A DNA stretch of 64,000 bases from a virus. The position numbers and the translations under genes are program-made. Under the pieces are notes generated by a model that worked only from the letters and a program-made list of their open reading frames with translations, searched no databases and was not told the origin of the DNA. Below are positions 19,263 through 28,895 of the stretch, piece by piece. Positions within the stretch are counted from its first letter, which is position 1, and each line of letters opens with the position of its first letter. The stretch lies in IMG/VR virus record IMGVR_UViG_3300047440_000580, positions 2,332 to 66,331 of that record; one strand, 5' to 3'.

Positions 19263-19931
19263 CTACATTATACCACAGATTTTGGAAAGGAACAGGTCCA
19301 AGTGCTCGAAGCCGATATTTTTTTCCCACGTCCAGTGGAGACCGATCACGAGCGGACCATGTGAATTATATGGGTTTTCACGTGCTTTAGATTCCGAGAT
19401 GATGGCGTTGACCGACCCTCCGGCCATCATCTCGTCCGACCTGCCATAGTAGGGAGGGAAGCTGGGGAACGTCTGCAGCCCGTTCTCGCAGGCGTACATG
19501 GCCACGTCGAAGTCCGTCCCCGGTCCCGAGTGGAGCATCGTGAACCCCGCCTTGAGGAGGGCATTCACCGTCTTTCGGTCGATGACATTGTGCGGCGGGA
19601 TGTAGGCGTGCACCGGCTTCCCCGTCTCCTCCTCCAGGATGGCCTTCTCGTTGCGGAGGATGGCGTACACCTCCGCCTCGGTCTGGTGGTCCCTGAACTC
19701 GTTCGGGAAGCGCTCGTCGTGGTTCACGCCGTGCATGGCCACCCGGATGTTCGGCTGTTGGCCGAGCCACCGGAGAGCCTCGTCTGAACTGTAGACCGGG
19801 ATGACTCCCAGGTCGTAGCTCAGGCTGTACTTCGACATGACCTGGTGGAACTCCTTGAAGGTCTCCAGGTTGTGCCGGTAGAACTCGTTGGGCTTGGTGC
19901 CCGGGAAGTCATCAACCCGAAAGAGGGTCAT
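19263..19931 (-). CDS. polysaccharide deacetylase-like (NodB fold)
   Basis: FRVDD, AMHGVNH, YIPPHN, IGLHW. Confidence 0.7.
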   Translation of the reverse strand: MTLFRVDDFPGTKPNEFYRHNLETFKEFHQVMSKYSLSYDLGVIPVYSSDEALRWLGQQPNIRVAMHGVNHDERFPNEFRDHQTEAEVYAILRNEKAILEEETGKPVHAYIPPHNVIDRKTVNALLKAGFTMLHSGPGTDFDVAMYACENGLQTFPSFPPYYGRSDEMMAGGSVNAIISESKARENPYNSHGPLVIGLHWTWEKNIGFEHLDLFLSKICGIM

Positions 19932-20931
19932 AGCCGAACTCCTGCGTCAGGTAGTTCAGCCAGTTCTGGCGGAAGACTTCCACCGAGAAGCGAGCAGCGA
20001 ACTCCCTGGCCTTCTCCCCCATGGTCGGACCGAGGATGACGTGCTCCAGGCAGGAGCGGGTCCCGTTGAGGGTGTATTCCTTGTCGTAGCCCTTGCGGTC
20101 GAGGATGCGTCCGAAGTCTCCCTGGAGCCCTTCCTCGAGAGCCTGGTACATCAGGCCCACGTTGTAGCTGACGATGGGAACTCCCGAGGCCAGCGTCTCC
20201 AGGACGAAGTAGCTGTTCCCCTCGTGGGCTGAAGGGTGGACGACCAGGTCGGCCTGGGAGAGGGCCGGATACTTGGGCAGCCCGAAGTAGGCCGGTGCCT
20301 CGTCCAGGAGGAGGATGGTCGCGTCGATGTTCCGACCGAGGTACTCGATGTGAGATGAGCCCTTGTTGGCCGTCGTGGTCCCGTGGATGATGATGGGACG
20401 GTCACGCTTCTTCCGGTCCGTCGTGGGGACAAACCTCTTCATATCGATCCCGTTGTTGATGACCGGGAAGTCGAAGCCCCACTGGAGCTTGCACTGGTTG
20501 GCGATGAAGTCGGACACGGCCACGATCTTTCCGCCACGCTCGACCATCTTCTTCCGATAGTCCAGTTGGACGGCGGCATGCAGCGGGAACTCCGGCGCGA
20601 CTCCGTTTGCCACGTCGTCTGCCGTGGTGTGGCTCCAGTTGCCGTGGGCCACGCTGACCACGTTCTTGTGGTCCTCCAGGCCCAGACCCCAGAAGCCGTC
20701 GGCGATAACGATGTCGTCCGGCTTGATCCGCTTGGTGGCCTTGAGCCAGCCGTTGAGGGCACGTGCCTTGTCCCACTCATGGATGTTGGCGTCCGGTCGA
20801 CGGAGCTCCTTCAGCATGTCGAACCAGGAGTAGTGCTTACTTTTGGGAAGAGCATACATGAGGTCGCGGTTGAAACGAGGAACGCCACCACCGGCGCCGA
20901 TCTGGGTGTAGGACACGAGGATTACGTTCAT
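19912..20931 (-). CDS. GT4 glycosyltransferase
   Basis: VINNGID, VHPSAHEGNSYFVLETLASGVPIV. Confidence 0.85.
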   Translation of the reverse strand: MNVILVSYTQIGAGGGVPRFNRDLMYALPKSKHYSWFDMLKELRRPDANIHEWDKARALNGWLKATKRIKPDDIVIADGFWGLGLEDHKNVVSVAHGNWSHTTADDVANGVAPEFPLHAAVQLDYRKKMVERGGKIVAVSDFIANQCKLQWGFDFPVINNGIDMKRFVPTTDRKKRDRPIIIHGTTTANKGSSHIEYLGRNIDATILLLDEAPAYFGLPKYPALSQADLVVHPSAHEGNSYFVLETLASGVPIVSYNVGLMYQALEEGLQGDFGRILDRKGYDKEYTLNGTRSCLEHVILGPTMGEKAREFAARFSVEVFRQNWLNYLTQEFGYDPLSG

Positions 20932-21692
20932 CCGAGTTCCCTTCTGACGTTGAGCTTGTCCGAGTCTGACTCGGGCATCTCACGTCCGTTCTGGAGCCAA
21001 GTGCTCTTGTCGTAGCCTGCGTGCACCATCATACCAGGAAACACCAGGTTGGTGCGCCCAGTCTTGCAGACAGAGTTTGGGTGATTGCGGATGAACCACC
21101 AGTCGACTCCCGATCCCATGCCGTCGTTGGGCTTGGCCCGCACTCGGCTGGTCTCCCAGTCGAGTCGGGGGATCGGGAACATGCTCATCCAGTATTCTCT
21201 ACGGGCGAACATGTTGGCCGCCCGGATCCAGTCCTTGAGGATCATGCCGTTCCCGATGTCTTTCCGGACGACGTGCTCGATGGACTCGATCCCGGAGGCG
21301 AAGCCGAGCTTGTACTGCTTCTCGAAGAGGAGGAAGAACTTGGCCATCTTCGGGAGCCAGCCCTTGGTGACCAGCACATCGTCTTGGATGTAGCAGACGA
21401 ACGCCGCCACCTGAGCCTTGTCGCCGTGGGTCGGGTGGGCGTACCACTCGTTCAGGGCGTTGATGTGGGCCAAGGCCTGGTTGATGGATGGACCCAGCCC
21501 CAGGTTCTCGGTGTGGATCAGGGTGTGGTCGGGGAGGGTCCGGAGGAGCGGGGCGACGGAAGAACCGTCGACGACGAGGTGGAGGCGGTACTGGTCTCGC
21601 TCAGTGTTCTCAGCGATGGCCTTCAGGCACTTTTCGAGGAGGTCCGTCCGACCGGGCTTGTGGGTGACGAAGATGTCCGCGATGAGGGCCAT
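20928..21692 (-). CDS. GT2-like glycosyltransferase
   Basis: LLEKCLKAI, VVDGS, NLGLGPSINQAL, YIQDDV. Confidence 0.7.
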   Translation of the reverse strand: MALIADIFVTHKPGRTDLLEKCLKAIAENTERDQYRLHLVVDGSSVAPLLRTLPDHTLIHTENLGLGPSINQALAHINALNEWYAHPTHGDKAQVAAFVCYIQDDVLVTKGWLPKMAKFFLLFEKQYKLGFASGIESIEHVVRKDIGNGMILKDWIRAANMFARREYWMSMFPIPRLDWETSRVRAKPNDGMGSGVDWWFIRNHPNSVCKTGRTNLVFPGMMVHAGYDKSTWLQNGREMPESDSDKLNVRRELG

Positions 21693-21707
21693 ACACTAAC
21701 TATTATA

Positions 21708-24700
21708 TCACACTTCCATCCTGGCGATCCACTCTTTCATCACGGCAGGATTTGAACGCTTCAGCTCGAAGACCGGCGCCTTCTGGTGCTCTCCGCCCTG
21801 GGCCTTCATCTCGGCCGCCTTCTTCAGGACGTCTTCCTCGGTCTTCACCTCGGGAAAGCGGGGCTGCGGCGCCGGATCGTTGTAGAGGTTGCTCCAGCAC
21901 TTGTCCCAGAAGTCCCGGAAGTTCCGGATCTTGCGGGGGATGTCCGCCCACGAGTAGTGGTAGACTGACGGGAGCTCTCCATAGATCTGGTTCATCTTCT
22001 CGCCAAAGGCCTCCGGGTTGGAACGACGGAGCATCTCCATACCCTTGTCGTAGAAGCCGATGTGCGGGACGAAGTCGTAGTTCATCATGTCGATGTACTC
22101 GCAACCGTCCGACATGCCCTTCCGGGCGAAGGTCTTGCCGGTCTTCTCGTCCACCACCCGAGCGTCCTTGAAGATGCCGTGGGTGATGTTGAAGACGTTC
22201 CGGCTGAGGCGCCACTTCCAGGTGTGACGGTCCGTGCGACAGTGCTTGCTGTCGCCCCAGAGCTCCACCACCGGAAGGTGGACCAGGCTGACTTCCTTCG
22301 GGAAGCGCTTGACGAGCGCCCTGACCTTGTCGTAGTCTTCCTCGTGGACGACCTCGTCGCAGTCCTGCTGCCAGAGGAAGTCCCCGGTGCAGAGGGCCCG
22401 ACCGAACGCCTTCTGCTGTCCGTCCATTCCCGGCTCTTCCCAGTCCCACGGGCGGACCGAGACCTCGAGCCGCGGCTCTTCCTTCGCCCAGGCCTGGAGC
22501 TTCTCCAGGGTCTCGTCCTGGGATCCACCGTCCACCACGACCACCTGGTCGCAGAAGCCGAGCATGGACTGGATGGACTCCTTCCACGGGTACCCCTGCT
22601 TGCTGGGGTTCAGGATGTGGGTGTAGCCGCTGATGGTCGGGCGGTACTCCTTGTAGTCCGTCATCTTCTCCATGATGACCGAGGAGTTGGAGTGCATCGC
22701 GATGACGCGAAGAGTCTCCTCCACGACCTTCTTCGGAGAGATCTCGTTGACGCAGGGATGGTCCTTGTCCACCGAGCAGGTGTACTTGTAGCAGGCCCGG
22801 TCGCAGGAATAGCGGTCCGGCGTGTCCAGCAGGACGGCCAGCTTCTTCTTGTTGACCGGACCCGTGGACGTGGCGTAGGAGCTCCCGTAGAGGGAGACCT
22901 GTGGAACGTCCAGACCGTCCGCCAGGTGGGACGTGACCGAGTCGATGCTGAGGAGGAGCTTGGCGCCCTTGACCACGGAGGCCAGCTGGTTGTAGCTGGT
23001 CTTGCCACGGAAGTCGACGACGTCCTTGTACTCCGGATCGTCCGGCATTCCGACCTGGACGACCGGAAGTCCCGTCATGGCCCGCAGGTTGCTGATGACC
23101 TCCTGCCAGTGCAGGTAGTTCCGTGCCTCCCACTGTCCCTTACCCGATCCGGGGTTGAGGACGATGTACTCCTCGGGGAGCCCGTCGACCTTGTCCAGGG
23201 CGATCCGGTACTCTCCGAACTCCACGTCGCAGAGGTGCGCCATCTCGTTTCCGAGGAGGCGTCCCTTGCCACGCTTGACCCAGTTGGCCGCCGTGGTCTG
23301 GATGGCCAGGTTGGGTGTGAAGACGTCGTCGAAGACCTGCTCGCAGAGCGGGACGTTCTGCATCCAGCCCTCGAACTGGACGCCCTGGTCGATGTCCGGG
23401 TTGTCCCGGATGATCGAGGCGTACTGCTCGTTCGTGGCGAAGAAGATCTTGTGTTCCGGGAACTTCTTCCGGAGGGAGTTCACGACCGCCGTGGAGATGT
23501 AGACGTCCCCGGCCGACATGGGCATCGTGTAGAGGAGGGTCTTCTTCCCGTCCCCCGAGAAGCGCTTCTTGAGGAGAGCGACCGCCTCCGCCTCCGAGCG
23601 GGGGTTCTGGGCGGTGTGGAGCTTCAGGAACTCCCCGATGGACTGGTAGAGCGTGTAGCCGGTCTTCTGCTCGGAGAAGTTCTCGGCCACGTGCTTGGCC
23701 AGTTCGGCCGCCCACTCCTTCGGCTTCTCGTAGCTGAGGGTCAGCTTCTTCAGCTTCAGCTTTACGTCGTCTTCCTTGGGGTTGGCCCACTGGCTCCCCT
23801 TCTCCATGACGCCGTTCCAGATGCAGGACTCGGGGATCTCCTTGAGCTCGTACTCCAGGGGAACGAACTTCTTCCGTCCGTCGATCTGGAGGAAGTCCAG
23901 GTGACCCGACCAGGCGGTGGCCACGACCGGCAGGCCGCAGGCGGCGGCCTCCAGGAGCGGCAATCCGAAGCCCTCTCCGTGGGTCAGGGACACCAGCGCC
24001 TTGACCTGGGGATGCTTATACAGGCCCGCCATCTCGGCATCACTCAGACGTCCGTGGATGAGCTGGATGCGGGGGAACTTCTCGCATCCGACCAGCTTCT
24101 TGATCTCCTTGAGCCGGTGGACCATCGTGTCGTAGTCCATGAGGGACCCGTTGACGATGCCCGCCTTCAGGACCAGACCCACATTCGGGTCATCCTTGAA
24201 GCGCTCGCAGAACCACTTGACGAGGTTGCCGAGGTTCTTCCGGTCCTCGCCCAGCGGCTTGTCCAGCCCCAGCCCCACGAAGAGGTAGTTGAAGGGTGCG
24301 TCGAGCTCGAACTTCCGGACGTCCTCGGGGACGGGATCCGTGTTGTAGTACCGGACGTCCACGCCCTCGTGGCAGACCGCCAGGGGCTTGGTGACCCTGA
24401 GCTGTCCTTCGGGGGTGTTGTACCCCACGTTGAGCATGGTGTTCTTGGAATGCTCCGAGGGGACGACGATGAGGTCGATCTTCTCGTTGATCTTCTTGAT
24501 CCACTCCGGGGAGACGCGGTCGACCTCGATGCCGGCCGTGATGCCGATGTTCACCCGGGCCATCTTCTCGAACTCGTTCGGGATGGTGACCTGGACGGAC
24601 ACGTCGTACTGCGTGTTCCCCTGGGCCTTCTCCATCTCGTACTTGACGATGAGGTCCTTGATCTTGGCGAAGAACGGGGTCTGGTCGAGGATATACGAGG

Positions 24701-24833
24701 TATTGCCCCAGTTGCAGGCCATCACACTGACGTCGTACTCCCCGCAGGCCAGGAGGGCCTTGAGTACCTGTCGGGAGTGGACACCGTAGCCCGAGGCCGT
24801 GAGGACCGGGGCGCGGAGGAGGAGCTTGAGCAT
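21708..24833 (-). CDS. tri-modular glycosyltransferase (GT4 + GT9 + GT2)
   Basis: N: RKNLG, HGEGFGLPLLEAAACG; middle: SAGDVYIST, LSIDSVTSHLA; C: FCDQVVVVDGGSQD, QQDCDEVVH. Confidence 0.85.
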   Translation of the reverse strand: MLKLLLRAPVLTASGYGVHSRQVLKALLACGEYDVSVMACNWGNTSYILDQTPFFAKIKDLIVKYEMEKAQGNTQYDVSVQVTIPNEFEKMARVNIGITAGIEVDRVSPEWIKKINEKIDLIVVPSEHSKNTMLNVGYNTPEGQLRVTKPLAVCHEGVDVRYYNTDPVPEDVRKFELDAPFNYLFVGLGLDKPLGEDRKNLGNLVKWFCERFKDDPNVGLVLKAGIVNGSLMDYDTMVHRLKEIKKLVGCEKFPRIQLIHGRLSDAEMAGLYKHPQVKALVSLTHGEGFGLPLLEAAACGLPVVATAWSGHLDFLQIDGRKKFVPLEYELKEIPESCIWNGVMEKGSQWANPKEDDVKLKLKKLTLSYEKPKEWAAELAKHVAENFSEQKTGYTLYQSIGEFLKLHTAQNPRSEAEAVALLKKRFSGDGKKTLLYTMPMSAGDVYISTAVVNSLRKKFPEHKIFFATNEQYASIIRDNPDIDQGVQFEGWMQNVPLCEQVFDDVFTPNLAIQTTAANWVKRGKGRLLGNEMAHLCDVEFGEYRIALDKVDGLPEEYIVLNPGSGKGQWEARNYLHWQEVISNLRAMTGLPVVQVGMPDDPEYKDVVDFRGKTSYNQLASVVKGAKLLLSIDSVTSHLADGLDVPQVSLYGSSYATSTGPVNKKKLAVLLDTPDRYSCDRACYKYTCSVDKDHPCVNEISPKKVVEETLRVIAMHSNSSVIMEKMTDYKEYRPTISGYTHILNPSKQGYPWKESIQSMLGFCDQVVVVDGGSQDETLEKLQAWAKEEPRLEVSVRPWDWEEPGMDGQQKAFGRALCTGDFLWQQDCDEVVHEEDYDKVRALVKRFPKEVSLVHLPVVELWGDSKHCRTDRHTWKWRLSRNVFNITHGIFKDARVVDEKTGKTFARKGMSDGCEYIDMMNYDFVPHIGFYDKGMEMLRRSNPEAFGEKMNQIYGELPSVYHYSWADIPRKIRNFRDFWDKCWSNLYNDPAPQPRFPEVKTEEDVLKKAAEMKAQGGEHQKAPVFELKRSNPAVMKEWIARMEV

Positions 24834-24843
24834 CGGATGCCTT

Positions 24844-25782
24844 TCAGCGAGCCAGGATGATGCTGGGTTGGTTTCGCTTCTCGTAGAGGTCCAGGACCTC
24901 CAGACCCTGCTTCAGACTGAGCTGGGGCTTCCACCCCAGGACGTCCCGGGCCTTGCTGTTGTCGGCCAGGGTGACCATCGCCTCGGCCGGACGGTCGGGG
25001 ATGTAGGTCTTCTCGCCGCCGACCATGTCGGCTACCTGGTTGATCGAGTAGTTCACGCCGGTCCCGATGTTGAACACACCGGTCGCGTTGCGGTTCATGG
25101 CTGCCAGCATGTTGGCCCGGACCACGTCGCCGACGAAGGTGAAGTCCCGGCGCTTCTCGCCGGTCCCCACGACCGTCAGCGGCAGGCCTTCCCGCAGCTG
25201 CTTCCTGAAGATGGCGATGACGGTGGCGTACGAGCCCTCTTCCTGGTGGCGGGGGCCGTAGACGTTGAAGTAGCGGAGGGCCACAGTGGAGAGCCCGTAG
25301 AGTTTGGTGTAGACCTCACAAACGTCCTCACCGAACTTCTTCCCCAGGGCGTAGGGGTTGAGGCAGTCGGAAGGCATCGTCTCCTTGAGGGGAGGCTTGT
25401 TCTTCAGACCGTAGCAGCTGGAGCTGGCCGAGTAGACGACCCGCTTGACCCCGCCCTGACGGCAGGCCTCGAGGACGTTGGCCGACCCCATGCAGTTCTG
25501 GCTGAACGCCAGAAGGGGGTCGGTGATGCTCGGCTGGATCCGGCTCATGGCCGCCAGGTGGAACACCCAGTCCTTGTGGTCCACCACCCGCCGAACCATG
25601 TCGAAGTCCCGGATGTCTCCCCGGACGACCTCGAGTCTGGGCTCGTCTTTCCAACGGTAGAGGTTCTCGATCTTCCCTTCCGAGAAGTTGTCGAGGACCA
25701 TGACCTCGTGTCCCTGCACCAGGAGCTCGTCGACCAGGTGCGACCCGATGAAACCCGCTCCTCCGAGAACTGCAACCGGCAT
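24844..25782 (-). CDS. NAD-dependent epimerase/dehydratase (extended SDR)
   Basis: GGAGFIGSHL, SASSSCYG, YALGK, LRYFNVYGP, RDFTFVGD. Confidence 0.9.
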   Translation of the reverse strand: MPVAVLGGAGFIGSHLVDELLVQGHEVMVLDNFSEGKIENLYRWKDEPRLEVVRGDIRDFDMVRRVVDHKDWVFHLAAMSRIQPSITDPLLAFSQNCMGSANVLEACRQGGVKRVVYSASSSCYGLKNKPPLKETMPSDCLNPYALGKKFGEDVCEVYTKLYGLSTVALRYFNVYGPRHQEEGSYATVIAIFRKQLREGLPLTVVGTGEKRRDFTFVGDVVRANMLAAMNRNATGVFNIGTGVNYSINQVADMVGGEKTYIPDRPAEAMVTLADNSKARDVLGWKPQLSLKQGLEVLDLYEKRNQPSIILAR

Positions 25783-25790
25783 GTCTTCTC

Positions 25791-27113
25791 CTAGACTGAG
25801 GCCAGGCGGACGTTCTGACGTCCGCGCCCCTTGTAAATATTGATCTGACCTTCCAGGACCTTGTCCCAGTCGTCGATCATCTTTTGCTCGCCGAAGTTCT
25901 CGGCGACCCACTGACGAGCCTCGAGACCGAGAGCCCTCCGCTTCTGCCTTCCCATCTCGTAGAGCCGGACGAGGCCGGAGACCACGTCGTCGTGGTTCAC
26001 CTTGTCGTCGTAGATGTAGGGGATCGGCTGGCTGCCCGTGCAGGAGCGGGAGGCCGTGAAGACGGGGCTGCCCCACCACTTGCCCTTGCCGGCGCGGTAC
26101 ATCTTCTTGGCATGGGCCGTGAGCTTCTCCTGGTCACGAAAGTCCTTGAGATCCTTCCACCAGTCGCCCATCTGGTACTGGAGACCACCTGTCATGTGGA
26201 CGATGATGGGGGTCCCTGAGGAGAGAGACTCCAGGGTGCCCAGACCGAACCCCTCGTTGGAGGCGATGTTGATCGTGGCGTCGCAGACGTTGAGGAGCAT
26301 GTTCAGCTTGGCCGGTTCGATTCGGGCCTCGCTGATGATGAGGTTGTTGTCGATGTTGAACCGTTCGGCTACCGCCGAGATGTCCTGCCCTTCGGGATCG
26401 TGCACGTTGGTGTGCATGAAGAGGGCGACGTTCTGCTTGCCCACCTTCTCGGCGAACTTGGCGAAGGTGGCCACCACGTCTCCGGTCTGCTTCCGGCGGG
26501 CGTTGCGGTTGTTCCAGAAGAGGATGAACTTCTTGTCCGCGTGGGGACCGAGATGCTCCCGCTTGAACTTCTGGATCTCTTCCTCGTCGAGAGGCTTGAA
26601 GTTGTCCATGGAGACCGAGTGGGGGATGTAGCTGCAGCGCTCGTACCCCATGTCATCCAGGAGGCCCTTCGTCTTCATCGACAGGGCCACAATGTGGTCG
26701 GTCGACTCGTACAGGACCTTGTTGAACTTCGGGGTCGGATCGTTGTCCCAGACGTGCCAGTAGACGATCGGGCACTCGGCGCGGACCTCGTCCTCGATCT
26801 CCCAGAGCCACATAAAGAAGCGTGGATCGGTGAAGATGAAGACCGCGTCCGGACGTTCGGCCATGATCATCTGCCGGATCGTGTTCTTGTCGCCGTGGCC
26901 CTCGACCGGGAAGATGATCCAGTCGTCCCCGAACTTGTCGGGAGCCACCTTCTGCGGTCTCATGTCGGGGTGCTTGATCGCGCCACCGAGACAGATGAAC
27001 TTGTACTTTCCGGTGGCGAGCAGCCCCTCGATGAGGTACTTCGCCTGGGTGCCGACACCCGAGGGAACGAGGGGGTGATCGGAGAGAAAGAGGATCTTGC
27101 GCTTCTCGGCCAT
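25791..27113 (-). CDS. GT4 glycosyltransferase
   Basis: WNNRNARRKQ, ASNEGFGLGTLESLSSGTPII. Confidence 0.85.
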   Translation of the reverse strand: MAEKRKILFLSDHPLVPSGVGTQAKYLIEGLLATGKYKFICLGGAIKHPDMRPQKVAPDKFGDDWIIFPVEGHGDKNTIRQMIMAERPDAVFIFTDPRFFMWLWEIEDEVRAECPIVYWHVWDNDPTPKFNKVLYESTDHIVALSMKTKGLLDDMGYERCSYIPHSVSMDNFKPLDEEEIQKFKREHLGPHADKKFILFWNNRNARRKQTGDVVATFAKFAEKVGKQNVALFMHTNVHDPEGQDISAVAERFNIDNNLIISEARIEPAKLNMLLNVCDATINIASNEGFGLGTLESLSSGTPIIVHMTGGLQYQMGDWWKDLKDFRDQEKLTAHAKKMYRAGKGKWWGSPVFTASRSCTGSQPIPYIYDDKVNHDDVVSGLVRLYEMGRQKRRALGLEARQWVAENFGEQKMIDDWDKVLEGQINIYKGRGRQNVRLASV

Positions 27114-27120
27114 GTGTTAC

Positions 27121-28068
27121 CTAGGCTTTCGGGGGTGGCACAGGGGCGTCACAGTGCTCAGTCCCCAGGTATGGGCAACGTTCGTTCCAGTCGTCGATGC
27201 AGTTCTTGTGGTTCTTGATGAGGGTGCCGGCGTCGAACCTCTTCTTCAGCTGGGTGATGTCCTTGTTTAGAGACTCCACCGCCCTGCCGACGGAGACAGG
27301 ACCCGCTGAGATAGGGAGGAATTCGATCGGCTTCACCAGCTCCTTCGATCCCCTGGACACGGGACGTGGAGCCCTGAGGAGGAGGACGAAGGCGGTACGG
27401 ACGTTGGCGGGATCCAGCCCGTGCTTCTTGCAGAAGAAATGCTTGTAGAGCAGGATCTGGTAGTGGAGCTCGTGGTCCGTCTTCTTGTCCATCGGCCAGC
27501 CCCAGCCCGCGGTCTTGAAGTCGATGATGTACAGGATGGTCTCGCCGCGCTTCGACTTGGTCTTGACCACCATGTCGATGTAGCCCTTGAACTTGATGTC
27601 CAGACCGTCGGTCCGGGCGATGGGCTCCTCGAGCTTGTACTCGTTCCAGAGCACCTGGGCCGTGGCCAGCTCCTCACACTCGTGGAACCGTCTCAGGACC
27701 CGCTCACCGGCCTCCAGGAAGGTCTCGGGGCGGAGGGCGGACTTGTTCGGCTTCCCGTTCTCGTCGTGGGTCGGGGTCCAGAGACGGACCTGTTCCTTCT
27801 CCTGGTACTTGAGGACGTTGGACCAGAACAGCCACTCGAACTTCTTCTTGAAGTAGAAGACGGCGATCTCGATGTCGGTGATGATGGGGTTGCGAGCGTG
27901 GCAGAGCTCGATGGTCTCGTGCAGGGCTGTCCCGAAGTCCATGTAGATCCCATAGACCTTGTGGTACAGCTTGTCGATGGAGTTGAGCTTCCACCGCCAC
28001 TGGCAGTGGTTGCGAGCTTCCATCCAGCCCGAGTAGCTGATCTTCTTGGGGAACTCTACGTCAGACAG
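27121..28068 (-). CDS. PD-(D/E)XK nuclease, Cas4/AddB-like with 1+3 Cys pattern
   Basis: ISYS..C, GTALHE, KGYIDMV, IIDFKT, QILLY, C-terminal C..C..C; CTG start proposed behind GGAGG. Confidence 0.85.
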   Translation of the reverse strand: MSDVEFPKKISYSGWMEARNHCQWRWKLNSIDKLYHKVYGIYMDFGTALHETIELCHARNPIITDIEIAVFYFKKKFEWLFWSNVLKYQEKEQVRLWTPTHDENGKPNKSALRPETFLEAGERVLRRFHECEELATAQVLWNEYKLEEPIARTDGLDIKFKGYIDMVVKTKSKRGETILYIIDFKTAGWGWPMDKKTDHELHYQILLYKHFFCKKHGLDPANVRTAFVLLLRAPRPVSRGSKELVKPIEFLPISAGPVSVGRAVESLNKDITQLKKRFDAGTLIKNHKNCIDDWNERCPYLGTEHCDAPVPPPKA

Positions 28069-28069
28069 G

Positions 28070-28420
28070 TTAGCCTCCCGTCTTTGTGATTACAACGACG
28101 GTGGCGTTCGGATCGAGCGATCCCGTCTGGAGATTCTGCAGGGTGCTGCGCCAGAGAACATCGTAGCTCTGGCCGTCGATGGCGACGTGGTTCGGGTTGG
28201 CCGACAGCAGGAGGGCGGCGTTGGAAGCCTTCTTCTCCGTATCGGCCAGCTTCTTCTTCAGGTCGGTGATCTGACCGTTGGAAGCCGAGAGCGCCTGGTG
28301 GTGGAAGGCCAACGATCCCGACAGTCTCTGCCGGTCCGCCCTCAGGGAGGCGATGGTCGCCTGCAGCACGGCCGGATCTAGACTTCCCGAACCGAGACTT
28401 CCGGAACCGTGCGTTGGCAT
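28070..28420 (-). CDS. coiled-coil hypothetical protein (paralog A)
   Basis: C-terminal NHVAIDGQSYDVLWRST...VVITKTGG. Confidence 0.7.
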   Translation of the reverse strand: MPTHGSGSLGSGSLDPAVLQATIASLRADRQRLSGSLAFHHQALSASNGQITDLKKKLADTEKKASNAALLLSANPNHVAIDGQSYDVLWRSTLQNLQTGSLDPNATVVVITKTGG

Positions 28421-28423
28421 GCC

Positions 28424-28807
28424 TTACCCTCCGGACTTGACGATGACGACCGCGGTCTGGTCCTCGTGGACGTTCCGCTTCTGGTAGCCCTCGACAGCCA
28501 GGTCTCTCACTGTCGATCTCCAGATTATATCATACTTCCCACCGTCGATGAACACATGATTGCCATCGCAGAGCGGGAGACCCGCATCCTTGTCCTCGGA
28601 GGCCTTGAGCTTCGCCTTCAGCTCCTTGACGTCCGACTTCCAGCCGTTCTTGGCGGCCTTCAGCGAGTTGTCCGAAGCTGCGAGCTTCGAAGTGGCGTCT
28701 TCCAGCGCTGCCTGCAGTTCGGCGACCTGGGCCTGGAGGGCGGTCTTCTCGGGATCTGCCTCGGGTACGCTCGCGTCCGCGGGAGCAGCAGTCTGATCTT
28801 CAGCCAT
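28424..28807 (-). CDS. coiled-coil hypothetical protein (paralog B)
   Basis: C-terminal NHVFIDGGKYDIIWRST...VVIVKSGG; GAGG RBS. Confidence 0.7.
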   Translation of the reverse strand: MAEDQTAAPADASVPEADPEKTALQAQVAELQAALEDATSKLAASDNSLKAAKNGWKSDVKELKAKLKASEDKDAGLPLCDGNHVFIDGGKYDIIWRSTVRDLAVEGYQKRNVHEDQTAVVIVKSGG

Positions 28808-28851
28808 CTTCCTCTTTCTCCTCTACTCTCTTCTCTAGAAGAAGTAGTATA

Positions 28852-28895
28852 AAGCTATATAGCTTAAAGGCTATAGTAGCTGTAGGCGCCTACAG
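28852..28895. repeat. two perfect palindromes in AT-rich strand-switch region
   Basis: AAGCTATATAGCTT (28852-28865) and CTGTAGGCGCCTACAG (28880-28895). Confidence 0.8.

Noticed and set aside
22062-24860. 932-aa + strand ORF and many other long antisense ORFs (e.g. 1623..2483, 7472..8734, 43346..44485, 58806..59954)
   Set aside because: They shadow well-supported genes on the opposite strand; the strong GC bias at third codon positions suppresses stops. They show no motifs or RBS.
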